NCBI GenBank assembly: GCA_950097015.1
Contig: CATNEN010000007.1
Coordinates: 12,896,001-12,960,000, forward strand
Reading direction: 5' to 3'
Source: Macrostomum hystrix
Lineage: Eukaryota; Animalia; Platyhelminthes
Length of the DNA: 64,000 nucleotides
Part shown: piece after piece, positions 28,945-41,938 of the stretch
How positions within the stretch are numbered: position 1 is the stretch's first letter
Layout of the letters: each line of letters begins with the position of its first letter
Notes under the pieces: model-generated
Told to the model about the DNA's origin: nothing
The model's database searches: none
Seen by the model: only the letters and a program-made list of their open reading frames with translations
Translations under genes and position numbers: made by a program

Positions 28945-29258
28945 AGGATAATTCATATCCGACTTGCTCATTTCCTCGACCTCCTTCGGGACCATCATAC
29001 CTCCACCTGAAGCCATTGAGATTTTTTTCCAGAATGCCAATCGGTGAAAATCTTTATCGCCCATTGAGACTTCTTCCTAGTCGTTTCAGGTGATGACTCG
29101 ATGATCGCCCTTTCGATATCGTCTTCCGATAGAACCTTGTATCTTGAAGGCCGCTCGTCAAAGGTAGCTTGTTTGTTTTCTTCACCGACGACGAAGTTTA
29201 ACAATTCTTTATCAATCTCGAGATCTGGTGGCAGAATATCCAATAGTTCACTGTCCAT
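28945..29258 (-). pseudogene. 5' fragment of a Crypton-type (DUF3504) tyrosine recombinase gene, frameshifted and truncated
   Basis: MDSELLD...RYKVLSEDDIERAIIESSPETTRKKSQWAIKIFTDW, then after a shift in the A-run near 29025, MVPKEVEEMSKSDMNY. This resembles the N-terminal region of Crypton/DUF3504 proteins as recalled; no alignment was run. Confidence 0.6.
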
Positions 29259-29390
29259 GTTTCGTGAATCGTTCCAGCTATGCAAATGCTGCGCCTTTCT
29301 TTTCCTGTCGTTTTATAGTCTTGCTCTTGCCAAATTTTCTAAAACTTCTTTAAATTCGTTCAAAAATTCGATCAAATTCTTCAAAAAACT

Positions 29391-30457
29391 CTGGTGGACC
29401 AGAAACTGCCGGTCAACATCGAAACAATGCCGATCCGCTATCTTTGTGCCTATATGCGGCTGTGGTTTGTGTCACTGAGGACTCAGGAAGGCAAGCCATA
29501 ACGCTGTCCGAAGTCTGGTGTGCTTCAGGGCGTCTATTCATCGGTACGTGCTGGAGACAAGGAACGTGCGAATTATAGTTAACACCGAATTTTTGTCATT
29601 TGAACGGACGTACAAGGCATGCCTGATGACGGCTCTGAGGGAGAAAACGTCTATTGGCAATGCGTCTACGTACTGTCCAATTGATGACTCTGACTTCCAT
29701 AGGCTGCGTGTGTATTTCGACCGTACGACACCGACGCGTCTACAATTCGAGGTTCTGTTTAAAATCGTGTACGGATTCGGCCTCAGGGGCCGTGAGTGGC
29801 TGAGGGGATTGACGAAGGCCGACGTGAGGATTGACGAATGCGATGGAGTTCGATATATCGACTTGGTGAAGGATGGTGTGGAGAAGACAGTAACGGCGGA
29901 CGACCCAACCACACGAAAGTCGATCATTTTGGCCGAAAAGCCGACTGACCCGAATACGTATCCGGTTCGTGCGATGGAGATGTACCTGGCAAAAATACCA
30001 GATGACGTCGGTTGTCTGTGGCCTAAACCGCTGGAACGAGGGTTTTCCATGGAAGGTTTCTGGTACCACAAGAGCCTTGTACTTGGCAAACACTGGCTTA
30101 ATGAGTTCATGAAGAAATTGTGTGAGCTGGCTGGACTGAGCAATCGTGCGCACACCAATCATTGCATATGCGCCTCCGTTGTAACCAAACTTGATGGAGG
30201 ATGGCGTCAGCGTTTCCGAGATTCAAGCCGTGACCGGTCACAAACGAGCGGAGAGCGTTGAACATTATAACAAGAGATTGAAGTTCTCCAAAAAGTCAAC
30301 CTATCCCGAGCAATCAGTGGGCGACTCTCTGACACTGCGGAACACACCCTGGCATCGGCTGGTCAGACCGCCAGCAACGCGGGAACAAGTTCGACTGCTG
30401 GATGCATCGTACTGCAACAAAATACGACTGCGTTGGGCATGCCTGGGTCAATTGTAG
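29391..30457 (+). pseudogene. Decayed Crypton-type tyrosine recombinase (DUF3504-like), 5'-truncated
   Basis: LPVNIETMPIRYLCAYMRLWFVSLRTQEGKP, frameshift at about 29500, then SLVCFRASIHRY...FGLRGRE...YPVRAMEMYLAKIP...LGKHWLNEFMKKLCELAGLS...TNHCIC, frameshift at about 30190, then IQAVTGHKRAESVEHY. The catalytic R, H, GH and Y are recognisable, but HxxR has become HxxC. Confidence 0.8.
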
Positions 30458-30721
30458 CTAACCAGGGCGTATCGATTGGTGCCAACTAGGCGAGAGTTTT
30501 TGAGAACTGCAAATTTGAGAATTGCACATTCAACATTACACCACGTTAACTGACAGATGTAACTATTGAGGTAACTATTGATGAACTCTCCAGCCAAATA
30601 TCATTTTGAGCTTCCAAGCGTTATTTACTGAATTATTTCGTTTACTTCGTGTTTCATTCCTGTTGTGTTTGGTCTTGTGTTTGTTGGCAGTGAAATATAC
30701 AGTGTAAGAAGTGGCTATAAG

Positions 30722-30985
30722 CTTTCAGCTGCAACGCCCGTCCACCATCCTGCGCCAGCGACGACTTCGACTAGCGGGCCACGTCATTCGGGCCGAAAGC
30801 TACTGCCGCCAGCCCGCCCAGGACGTCCTTCTGCTCACCCTGCAGGGCCCGTTCAGGCGCGGCCAGGCTCGGACCCGCCGCTACGTCGACTGCCTGCTGA
30901 GCGACGCCAGGGCGCCCGACACTGCCTCCGGCGCGGACCATGTTCGCGCGCTGGCTCTGCGGCGCATCATTTGACGCCGCCCCCC
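30722..30985 (+). mobile_element. 3' fragment of an RTE-like non-LTR retrotransposon
   Basis: GC-rich island encoding STILRQRRLRLAGHVIR...GPFRRGQAR, typical of the RTE ORF C-terminus. No TSD seen. Confidence 0.65.
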
Positions 30986-32236
30986 TGACGTTTGGGGCTT
31001 GCGTATTTTGTTGTTTTTTGTTGTTGTTATAAGTGATGAATTGAATATAATTGAAATATGCTTCAACCATAGACAGTGACGGCGGACAAATGTGTGGCGT
31101 TTCAACCGCGTTGCAAGACAGCCAGCTTAAACCCATAACAATTCTTCTCTGAATTTGCTTTTAGAAAGCATTTGCTTTCAGAAGATTGAAAATTTTTGGT
31201 GTAATACTGGATTTTTGTGAAGTAGTCTGAACTTCGCTTTTTGAAGTAGTTTTTTATGCTAAAGAATAAACTGTAACTGATCCTCAATCCATTGATCTCA
31301 TCGAACAATCAGCACCTGCGATCATGAAAGCCATCGCATGCAATTTCAGCAGTGAATTTATGAATTCTGCCTTGATCCCGACTGTTGAACGCAAGTTGGG
31401 CACTCAAGTCAAGTAGCATGACCGGTTACATTATTACTAAGGTAATACACGTTCGATATTTTACACCTAAAATGCTTTAGCCTCAGCCCATGAGCTAAGT
31501 TGCATCTAAAAACTTGAGATAGTTGGGAACCTTCATGGCTTGTATGCCCGGCACAGGTGCATGCTGAAGTTCTCTTCTAGACTGTTTTCTAATGCTTAAA
31601 AATGTTTTATTGAAGAAGTCGCATCAAACGAAAAGTTTCCGATCATGAAGGCGTGAGTTCGCATCGCTGCACTTTTGTAATCTGTAGATTATCGAGACAC
31701 GTGCCATAATAGAATAGAACAAGTATGAACATCTGACAGGCTAGACACTTAAGCATATGCAACAGGCGGAGTTCAGCTAGAACTAAGCCCCGAGAAATAC
31801 AACAGAATAAATCTGCTGTGTTTCACTGCCGGTTGGGGGCACTGCGAGAGTTATCGAATCAGCCAAGATGGATCGGGCTTAACCGTTCAGCAAAAACTCA
31901 AAAAGTGAGTCAAAGGGAACTCGGCAGCTCGGAATTCTGTGATTGAATTCAAAATAAAGTAATAGAAAAGATTTGTGAAGATAGCCATAGCATTAAAAAA
32001 AGGTCATTGGTAACATTCCTTCAGCCAGACTGTGCAAAGATAACAAGTACGCAAGCTCGCATTGAACAGACCAGCATGCTGCTCAGCAAGGAAAATTTGA
32101 TTATCAGTTAGGCGGACAGCCGCGAGTCGCACTGCTTAGGCAGCTTTGACGCAAGAAATAAAATTCGAGGCTTTGAACTTTAGTGAGCGGATTTTCTTAG
32201 TGCTTCAGGTAATCTTGTGTGTTTGCAGTCCATCCG

Positions 32237-35200
32237 TTACTTTCGCTGCTGCCCGGAACTGCCGGGCCGAGTCCTTGGCAGCGCGTGCGACTTGGTCGGC
32301 TCAGGCGTGCGCGGCAGCTTCGGCCGGCTGACAAATGCTTCGTCGGCCTTTCCCCCGCCACCGCCGTTGCCATCGCCGCCACCTCCGGCAGTGCCAGTCC
32401 GCGCCTTGCGATCGCCCTGCCCAGTCCGCGGTCGGCTGTCTGTGCTCACTGGTCTAGAATCCCCGCCAGTTCTGGGCCTCCTGGCCGTGTCCTGCCGCTG
32501 CTGCTGTTGCTGCTGCTGGCTGCTTTCTAGCTCCTCCATCTCCAATGCCTGCAGGCCTCCCGACTTGCCTGCCCTCGTTGGAGGCCGGTTGCCGGGTGTC
32601 ACTGGCCGAGTCAGCAGCTCGCCCGAGGCCGCCGCAGCCGAGCCTGCCGCTTGCAGCTGCTGTGGCGAGTAGTTTTTGAGCAGGGCCTCGCCCGATGGTG
32701 AGTGCGTCACCGAGTCGTCGCGATCCACGTCAGGCTCTGCAACATAGATTTTACAGTCAAATAGCAGGAGATAAATATTACAAAAGAAGTCCACAGAATC
32801 CGACAATGATGCTAAACTGAAACACAAAATTCTAGTATTAACCTGTGCAATTTTAATTCCCCAATAAAAAACTCGCCGGTCACATAGGATCCTGCTTGAA
32901 CTCCTTGGAAATCTGAAGGGACTCCTAGATTAAAGATCTGAGTCAATGCCCACAGAGGAGCTGCGCCAACTCACCAATCACGTCCGCCTCCTCATCCTCG
33001 TCATCATCGGGCTCGGCTTCGTCCTCGGAGTCGCGCAAGTCGGCCTCCTCTTCAGAGTTGAGCTGGCGGATAATGAACTCCAGCTGACGGTTCATGTCGG
33101 GCGAGTCCTCTTTGATGAAGCAGTTTAGCACCGCCTCCAGGTCCATGGCGCGGGCTTCAGCTCGGATGGACGGCACCGCCAGGATGCTGTAGAGAGCACC
33201 GTTCACGTAAGGCAGGATGTCACGATTCTCGTGGCCCAATAAGTCGCTGAGCACCTTCAGCACCTTCCTGGCGCGCGGTGGTGAGCAGTACTTCTTGCCC
33301 GCAGTGCGCAGGCAAAGGTTCATAAGCAGCGCAACTGTGTACTCCAAACCGTAGTCGCTGAGGCCGTCATGTTCAGCGAGCTGGTCAGCCAGCCAGTCGA
33401 TGAGGTCGCGCCTGATCATACCCGTCTGCATGCGCCGGCGAAGGCTCAGCTTCTGCAGAGCGCCCACCAGCTGGTCGCGGACAGCTGGTACCCCGGCCTG
33501 CGGCGAGGAAGTATTGAGGAGATCGGATGCCTGTACTGTACTTAAAGTAAAGGGCTCTTCTGCACAAGACAGCGTAAGAAACTCGTTACTCGCCATCCGC
33601 AGGCAGTGAGAAACATTTCTCGATTGCGAAATATTGTCTTATATTTGCGTAATCGAAATAATTTTAAGTGCAAGAATCTTCCCAGGTTTTTCAGCAAACA
33701 GAGTTTGTGTTACAGTAATGCAATAGTAAAACGATCCAAGTTTTCAACAAAAAATCACCACGGCCATATATCAGTTTATTTCTGTTGATTGCCTCAAGAA
33801 CAAAAGCCTCGTCTCGCCTCACCTGATCCTCTGGTGGGTCCCTGCAGAGTTGCACCAGCGCCTGCAACAGACTGTCGCTGGCTTGGCCAGATGTAAGGTA
33901 GGTCCGGCCGCGGCAGACAGAGGCAAAGGCGTTGAGCAGTCGCCCGGCAGACTCTCGCACTCGTTTGTCACTAGAGCGCAGGCAGCCCAGTAGCAGAGGT
34001 GGCGGATCCGCCTGGCCCGCCATCCCCAGAAGGTCGTAGGATACCCACTGACCCACGCAGCGCTGTCTGGCCTCTCCCTCTGCTCGGGTGACGCGCCACC
34101 TTAGCGCCTGGAGGAGTCCAGCTCGCAGAGCGTCGTCAGAGCCGCCGAGATCCCTCCGCAGTCGATCGTAGTCAATGGCACCAGCGGCGACCAGCGCGGA
34201 TGCTGGTCGAGCAGAGGCCGGCACTGCGGCGGGGACCGCTGCTGCTCGGCCAGAATCGCGGACGCTCTGCCTCAGCGCCTGGCCGGCTGAGCCAGGCCGC
34301 GTGAGGTCCAGGCTGCCTGTCTGGGCCTGGAACAGCCGTGCGCAGATCTGCTGCAGGAACTGGGGGCTCACCGGCCGGCCCTGCAGCGACGCCTCTAGCG
34401 TGTCCACCAGCTCGGCAGTGATGCCGATGAGGTTATGGTAATCTGCCTGAACCTTGTTGTGCCGCCTAACGTATTGTGTTGCTCTTCTTTCAGCTTCCAC
34501 AAGTTGCGCCTGTAGGATATTTTTGTATAATTTGTCACCATTTGCACCATTTCAAATAAATATGAGATAAGGAACAAGGGCCTAAGTAGTTAAATTTAGT
34601 AGTCCATGATGAGGAGAAGCAGGGAAACATTAATAAACAGAAGCATAGGAAGCTGAAAGTCACCTGCAAGTCGGCCGCAGAGCCGCCGTCGGAGCCGGAG
34701 CCGCCGCCTCTATACAGCTCGAACAGGCGGCACTGGTTCCGCTCCGAGTCCAGAACCATGGCCAGAAAGCGCTCTAGCCGCAGCTGCAGCTCCGGCACCC
34801 AGCGGTCGCTGAAGACATCCCGAAAGCTGGGGTGACTACGCGGGTCCGGAACGTACGGCAGGGCGTAAAAGGGAAGGAATTCGGTCGTCTGGCTCAGCTG
34901 AGCGCCTTTCGTCTCCAGGAAGTGCCGGAAGTCAGCGACGGCTTCATCGTCGGTGACGCCCTCGTGCCTCACCTGATTCGGAAGATTGATGGGATTCGAC
35001 TTAAAACACCCCACAAGGACTCAAGAACAATAGAATTGTGAATTATGGCACCAATTGTAACTATGAAATGGAAAGGATAAATGCGCACTGAATAAGTGGC
35101 GAAGTAAATGTGCAGGTAGAATTCTAGCTTCTGGGCCACCGAGTCGGCCTGGCGAATCTTGTGGCTCAACTGCTGCTCCCACAGCTGGAAGAAGGCCTCC

Positions 35201-35421
35201 CTCTCTCCCTTGTGAAAGTGGCGCAGCATAGTCTTCTGTGCAGTGACCGACGCAGAGTTGGTGCGCAGAGCTGCGGGCACGCTGGGCACCGGCTTGCTGC
35301 GCTCGGCGCACTCTCGGTCAAAAGCTGCAGAGGTCTGGTCATAGCCCAGGCTCTCCAGGTATTCCTTCACGATGTTGTTTAACTCCGTTTCATAAGCCAC
35401 CGTCGACACAAAGGCTGACAT
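32237..35421 (-). CDS. ARMC9: LisH domain-containing protein ARMC9 (ciliary), about 783 aa, 5 exons
   Basis: Exons 35421-35089, 34972-34664, 34509-33823, 33497-32975, 32736-32237 (2352 nt, phases close). Motifs [74 protein letters not shown] and [11 protein letters not shown]. Confidence 0.93.
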
Positions 35422-37249
35422 CACTGCAGCGGAGGCTGAAGGACCAATTCCGAGCATATGTATAAATTTTGTTGTAAAAAATGGTTAGAAAAATGATAGG
35501 CCTAACCATAAATCAGTTGGTTCAATATAGATCAATATGGTTCCATTTATTCAACCCTATATGGTTCAGCTGAAAAAAAGAAATACGGACCTGCGAGAGA
35601 AAAAACATTATTTTTATAATGATAAAATTAGTATTTAAAACTAAGTAAGGTAACTTAGTAGTAACCTAGACTTCCTAACTAAGGTAATAGTGATGATGCT
35701 TAATTGCAAAAGAATATCTGAGAATAAAATAAACGGCATAGTTTCCTTCATAATAGTCCTTATCACTACATTTCGTGATGCCAAAGCTGACCCAAAGTAT
35801 CGAAAAAATCGAAACCATTTGTTTTCGCGTATTGCTTTCGGTAAGTCAAGTTAACCAATACAAGATTAGCAACTTCAAAGGTAAAGTCCAAGAAACAACA
35901 AAATGCCATGCCGGCAAGGTTGGAATTTTATATTTCCAAGATGACAATTAAACTATAATAGTAGAATGCGCCACATTAAGCTTGTATCAAAAGGGTGTTC
36001 TTTTTTTAAGAACGATTCTTGAGAATTGCTCATTTTTCACGATACTTTGCTTTCTGATCGTAATTTGAATTTGTATTCACTGTACTAATAGCTTACATTA
36101 CATTTATAAAAAGAATTACATTCCAATCTTGAATATCTGCTGTTGGGAATGAAAATCCAAAAATAAGTTTGTTTTCTTATTTTAACTGTTTAAAAAGTTA
36201 CGAAAGTTAAAGACAAAACTACACACACATTCAATAAAAAACTTTCTTTTAATCACTGACATTTAGTTTTACTATTTACAATAAGTTGTGCCAGTGAAAT
36301 CCGCGAAATTAAAATTGTAACACGTGTTTATGTTTTATTTCTCTGTTTAAAAGTGTTAATCAAATACTTAGAGTGTGCTATTGCATTTAGAATTTGATTT
36401 TGGCGTTTGAAAGATGCCTCAGCGAAATATGTACATTATGCTTTCATTACTTGACAGTACTTTTCCTCAAGAACAGTTTTCTTACAGTATTTCTTAACTT
36501 GGATGACTTTCGATTTTTATTTTATTAATCCCTTTCTGCAAAAAATACACCATTTATGAGAAAAATAAATAAAATTAAAGTTAAGCTTGTTATTGTGACA
36601 AAAAATATAAAATTATGTTTTTATCCATATTTCATTGACAGACATTTATAACCGTTTTCGTTTTTATTTAGCTATACCAGTTGTCACTAAGGCTTTGCTT
36701 TTTTAGTAATATTTCAATTTTCCTAAATTAATATTAGCAATAGCTAGTAGAATATTTTAGTCATTGTATCAGTCCTAGACTAGCTAGTTATCCTATTCTT
36801 ATTTGTGTTTATGTCTCTAGCAAATCATTTGTATATTATATTTATATACTTAAATTTAGGTAGCTATGTAACTAAGCTATATGACAAAATTTGATAAGAC
36901 ATCTTCTAGATGACAATTCTAAGTGAATGTTGGTTTTCTTGTGTAACCAAATGAAATGGTCAAGTGCTTACCAAACTCAGTGCTTGTTTACATGGCTTTT
37001 AGCTAGCTATTGTTTGTAAAATAAAAACCCTTTGATTGCTAACAGTTATTAAAATTGAAAAAATGAATGCTTTCATTTTATAGTGACTTTATATGGAAAT
37101 GATAAGGTCAAGCAGCTCTATCTAGATTAAGCTTGGTGACCACTAAAGTTGAAGATGATGCAGGCATATTTGGGTGACATGCTGATAAAGTGTAAAGGCC
37201 TGCCAAGGCTACACTGAGAGGCTATTCAAAACTTGTATACCTTGGTATA

Positions 37250-37927
37250 CAAGTGCTCCACGTTGGCATCAGCGACCCGGCTCCTCTTACCCTTGCTAAC
37301 TGTGACGAAATCTCTGTCTGCTCGGATTTTCGGTACCTCGGCTCGCTGGTGGTCTCTCCGGAGGACATCGTCGCCGATCGTCGTGTGTAAGCCTGGACAG
37401 CTGCTCGACAGCTGAGCCCCATCTTCTGCTCACCCGTGCCTGACCAACTCAAAATCCGGATTTTTCGTGCTGCCGTAGAGCCGATATTCCTTTATGGCTT
37501 GGAGGCTCTCCCAATCACGGAATCTCGCAAGCGGGCTCTCGACGCCACTTTCAGAGCCTTCCTGCGTTTCGCTCTGGATGTACGCTACCCCGAAAGGCTG
37601 TCAAACCGTGCGCTCGCTGCTCGCTCCTGCGTCCCGCTGGTGAGCTCCATACTCAGGGCGCGGAGACAGTGGCTTCTTGGCCATGTGCTACGCAGCTACG
37701 GACGCAGAGAAACCAACTCCCTTGCGATCGTTGTGCTAAATCCGCCAAGCGATCCTTTTCGACGCGGACATGCGTGCACTGAAACTCTCTTAAAGACCTT
37801 CACTAATGACCTACAGGCCATCAACCTCACTCCGCTTGAGGCTACTTCCTGCCCCTCTGAGCTTTTTTGCGAGCGTGTGAGCGCTAAGGGTCTCTGACTC
37901 TTCAGCGTCTTAATAATAATAATAATA
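37250..37927 (+). mobile_element. 5'-truncated RTE-like LINE with (TAA)n tail
   Basis: Encodes DFRYLGS...KIRIFRAAVEPIFLYGLE...RQWLLGHVLR (one in-frame stop near 37389). 13 bp TSD ATACCTTGGTATA at 37237-37249 and 37928-37940. Confidence 0.88.
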
Positions 37928-38361
37928 ATACCTTGGTATAAAATACACTAGCTCTTATAGGAAAATACATACATTTGGCCAGACCCTTGAAGATGTTGAT
38001 GGGCTGAAGGGCTGGCAACTTGATTCTTGTTTCAGAAGATGTACAATGAAAGTTGGCCTATGTTCTTGAGTTTAATTTGCTTGCATTGTTCCATTGGCTG
38101 CTGTAAAAATAATTGTTTGGGGGAAATCCCTTAGTTCTACAGTTGAGTGGTAAAAAATAATTTTTTTTGTTTTCATTTAAAGAAATGAGAAAATTCAAAT
38201 ATTTATAGGGGTAGTTACTGTCTTTTATGGCATCCTCTAATTAATAATTAATACCATAATTTCATTGCCATCCATGCCATACCATTTAATTTCAGATCTA
38301 GCCATTGCCTTTAAAATACATTCATATAGAGGAAATGACCTTCACATGTACCAGAACTGCA

Positions 38362-39367
38362 ATGTTCCAGTGGTGTGCGGCTCACAGATTGGATATTTTA
38401 TTACATCTACGATCACTGGCCACTGGGGGTCCCTCAGGTGCTGGCAGCAGCAAAAGCAGGGGGCTGCCACAGCAGAAGCCAATTCCGAATGTGGACAAGA
38501 TTCTGCTGGTTGGCTCTGGAAAGGGCGGTGTTGGTGAGTGTCCTGTTGTGCAGACTAGCTAGGCATCTCACATCTTAAAAACTTTGACTGCTTCATTCCC
38601 TTCTTCGCCCAGGCAAGTCAACCGTGTCTGTTAACCTGGCCGTTGCCATGGCAGCGGCGGGCTACCGGGTCGGCCTGACAGACGCGGACATTCAGGGGCC
38701 GTCACTCGCCACCCTGCTAGGCCTCCGCGACCGCCGCATGGAGGCGGAGGCGTCGCCAGCTTCAGGAGGCGGCGGCCGGCCAAGGCTGCTGCCTCTGGCC
38801 GCGCACGGCCTGCACTGCGCCTCCATGTCGCTGCTGATCCCGGAGGGCCGGGCCCCGGTGTGGCGCGGCCATATGCTATCCAGCGCAGTCGCCCAGCTGC
38901 TGTCGGGCGTGGCCTGGCCGCCGACGGACCTGCTGATCGTCGACCTGCCGCCCGGCAGCGGTGACGTCCCGCTTTCCGTGGTCCAGAGCGTGCCGGCTTC
39001 TGGCTGCCTGCTGGTAGCCACCGCTCAGCGCGTCGCCGTGGCGGACGTCGCCCGGCACGTCGACATGATGGCCGCCCTGCGCGTCCCAACGCTTGGCCTG
39101 GTGCACAACATGGCCGCCTTTCGCTGCCCCGCTTGCTCGGCCCGCCACCCGCTGTTCCACTCGGATGCCCTGGCCGAGCTCTGCCGGACTACCGGCATGC
39201 CGCAGCTGGCGGAACTTCAGCTCGAGCCTGACGATGCCCGGGCCATGGACGATGGCCGGCCCAGCTTCCTGGCCTGTCCGGACTCGCCAAACACCGCCAC
39301 ATATACCGCATTGGCTGCAGCCGTGGCCCGCCTATTGCAGCTGCCTCCGCCCGCCGCTAAAGCCTGA
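38362..39367 (+). CDS. NUBPL: Mitochondrial Fe-S cluster assembly P-loop NTPase NUBPL/Ind1 (Mrp/NBP35 family)
   Basis: Exons 38362 (or 38335)-38533 and 38613-39367. Presequence-like N-terminus, RGLPQQKPIPNV, GKGGVG|KST, DADIQGPS, WRG, DLPPGSGD, GLVHNM and CPAC. Confidence 0.88.
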
Positions 39368-39484
39368 GCTGCAGCTCCCGCAACGCAGTTAGACTTGCCG
39401 CATCGGCTCACACTAAATAGAAGCCATACTTCACTACATAGCTGTTTTCTGCGACCTTCTTTAGCCACACACCGTCATTCGCCA

Positions 39485-40322
39485 CTACCATGTGTCCATC
39501 ACCCGCTCCCATGCGTCATTTACCCATGTGTCCTTCACCCGCTCCCATGTGTCCATCACCCGCTCCCATGCGTCATTTACCCATGTGTCCTTCACCCGCT
39601 CCCATGTGTCCATCACCCGCTCCCATGCGTCATTTACCCATGTGTCCTTCACCCGCTCCCATGTGTCCATCACCCGCTCCCATGCGTCATTTACCCATGT
39701 GTCCTTCACCCGCTCCCATGCGTCATTTACCCATGTGTCCTTCACCCGCTCCCATGCGTCATTTACCCATGTGTCCTTCACCCGCTCCCATGCGTCATTT
39801 ACCCATGTGTCCTTCACCCGCTCCCATGTGTCCATCACCCGCTCCCATGCGTCATTTACCCATGTGTCCTTCACCCGCTCCCATGTGTCCTTCACCTGCT
39901 CCCATGCGTCATTTACCCATGTGTCCATCACCCGCTCCCATGCGTCATTTACCCATGTGTCCTTCACCCGCTCCCATGCGTCATTTACCCATGTGTCCAT
40001 CACCCGCTCCCATGCGTCATTTACCCATGTGTCCTTCACCCGCTCCCATGTGTCCTTCACCTGCTCCCATGCGTCATTTACCCATGTGTCCATCACCCGC
40101 TCCCATGTGTCCATCACCCGCTCCCATGCGTCATTTACCCATGTGTCCTTCACCCGCTCCCATGTGTCCATCACCCGCTCCCATGCGTCATTTACCCATG
40201 TGTCCTTCACCCGCTCCCATGTGTCCTTCACCTGCTCCCATGCGTCATTTACCCATGTGTCCATCACCCGCTTCCATGTGTCCTTCACACACTCCCATGT
40301 GTCCTTTATCTACTCCCATGTG
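39485..40322. repeat. Composite minisatellite of 21 bp (CCCATGTGTCCTTCACCCGCT) and 15 bp (CCCATGCGTCATTTA) units
   Basis: Seen directly. Both unit lengths are multiples of 3, hence long ORFs in several frames. Confidence 0.95.
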
Positions 40323-40581
40323 CACTTCATCCAGTTGGCCAGGATTATTGTGCTTTGTCACAGCGGCAAGCTGTATATATCATGATCCTAACCAAATAAA
40401 ACTCGTTAATTGAAACAAAAGGCTGAAAGTGTTAGTAAAACATTTTATTTTTCTATTTTATATATCAGATTGGTGAAAATCAGTACTCATGGTCAATCAT
40501 CTGATGGTTATTAATAAGCTATGACTCGTTTTTACGTCCTTTGTGTTAAGTGTCGCAGGCTGTCACAGGCCAAAATTTAGC

Positions 40582-41032
40582 CCCGGCAGATCCCAGACCT
40601 GAATCCACCCGGCAGATCCCAGCCCTGAATCCACCCGGCAGATCCCAGACTTGAATCCACCCGGCAGATCCCAGCCCTGAATCCACCCGGCAGATCCCAG
40701 ACCTGAATCCACCCGGCAGATCCCAGCCCTGAATCCACCTGGCAGATCCCAGCCCTGAATCCACCCGGCAGATCCCAGCCCTGAATCCACCCGGCAGATC
40801 CCAGCCCTGAATCCACCCGGCAGATCCCAGCCCTGAATCCACCCGGCAGATCCCAGCCCTGAATCCACCCGGCAGATCCCAGACCCGAATCCACCTGGCA
40901 GATCCCAGTCCTGAATCTACCCGTCAGATCCAAGTCCTGAATCCACCCGGCAGATCCCAGGCCCGAATCAGGCTGCACAGATCCCAATCCAGAATCCAGG
41001 TCTATACATCCCAATCCAGAATCCACTGATCC
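40582..41032. repeat. 26 bp minisatellite (CCCGGCAGATCCCAGCCCTGAATCCA)
   Basis: Period 26 (40585, 40611 ...), degenerating to the right. Confidence 0.95.
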
Positions 41033-41136
41033 CATGTGTTGTTTAGTAGTCCTTTGCTAGCTACTGGTGGTCTTTGGTAGTGGCTACCGTTACATCGCCG
41101 TTGTCCCAAATCTGCTATAAAAGTCAGTTTTTTGAA

Positions 41137-41471
41137 TTGCTCATACCGCACTCGTGCCGCACTGCATGCGAGTGCATGTACATGTAATCACTTTGCTCAT
41201 ACCGCACTCGTGCCGCACTGCATGCGAGTGCATGTACATGTAATCACTTTGCTCATACCGCACTCGTGCCGCACTGCATGCGAGTGCATGTACATGTAAT
41301 CACTTTGCTCATACCGCACTCGTGCCGCACTGCATGCGAGTGCATGTACATGTAATCACTTTGCTCGTACCGCACTCGTGCCGCACTGCATGCGAGTGCA
41401 TGTACATGTAATCACTTTGCTCATACCGCACACGTGCCGCACTGCATGCGAGTGCATGTACATGTAATCAC
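41137..41471. repeat. 56 bp hairpin-containing tandem repeat, 6 copies
   Basis: Period 56 (41139, 41195, 41251 ...). The unit contains the GCACTCG...CGAGTGC inverted repeat and the palindrome CATGTACATG. Confidence 0.93.
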
Positions 41472-41938
41472 GACTGATGCATGCCAGACCACGGAAGAAA
41501 TGAAAAACTCGGGACAAAAAGGCTCACTCTACGAAGGCGCCACGCGACATCCTTCAGTTACTTATCCGAAATAGGTTTCGCTATTGGACTCTGTTTGCTT
41601 CGATTTCACTAGGGAAAGCAAATGAAAAAGCCAAGCCGCTGACAAAGGCGGTTTAGTTCCTCGCTGGGAAGGTAGAAAGCAAGCAAAGCGGTACGAATAC
41701 TTTATGCAGCGGCTGGTAAGTTTCACGTAGAAAATGAAATTCTGCAGCGCAAGGTACATACGGAGCTGGATCCAGGCGGATCGGAAAAGGTTCGAGTGGA
41801 AAAATTGCCATACGAAAAACAAATGCTAAGCACGCTGTGCAGCTTATTAACAGCATTGTGTCTGACCTGAGAAAATACCATGCATTCCTGTCTATTGTGT
41901 CACTGCAGGGAAAGTAAAGCTCCAAGCTCGCCAGGCAA

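Noticed and set aside
28945-30457. Single recombinase gene split by a programmed inversion (phase-variation-like switch)
   Set aside because: The two pieces overlap in homologous sequence, no flanking inverted recombination sites were found, and both are frameshifted.
37250-37927. RTE fragment as partner LINE of the SINE
   Set aside because: Tails differ in sense orientation ((TAA)n versus (ATT)n) and no shared 3' sequence is visible.
39395-40413. 300 aa repetitive ORFs in several frames
   Set aside because: Arise from 15 and 21 bp units lacking stops; no evidence of a real protein.
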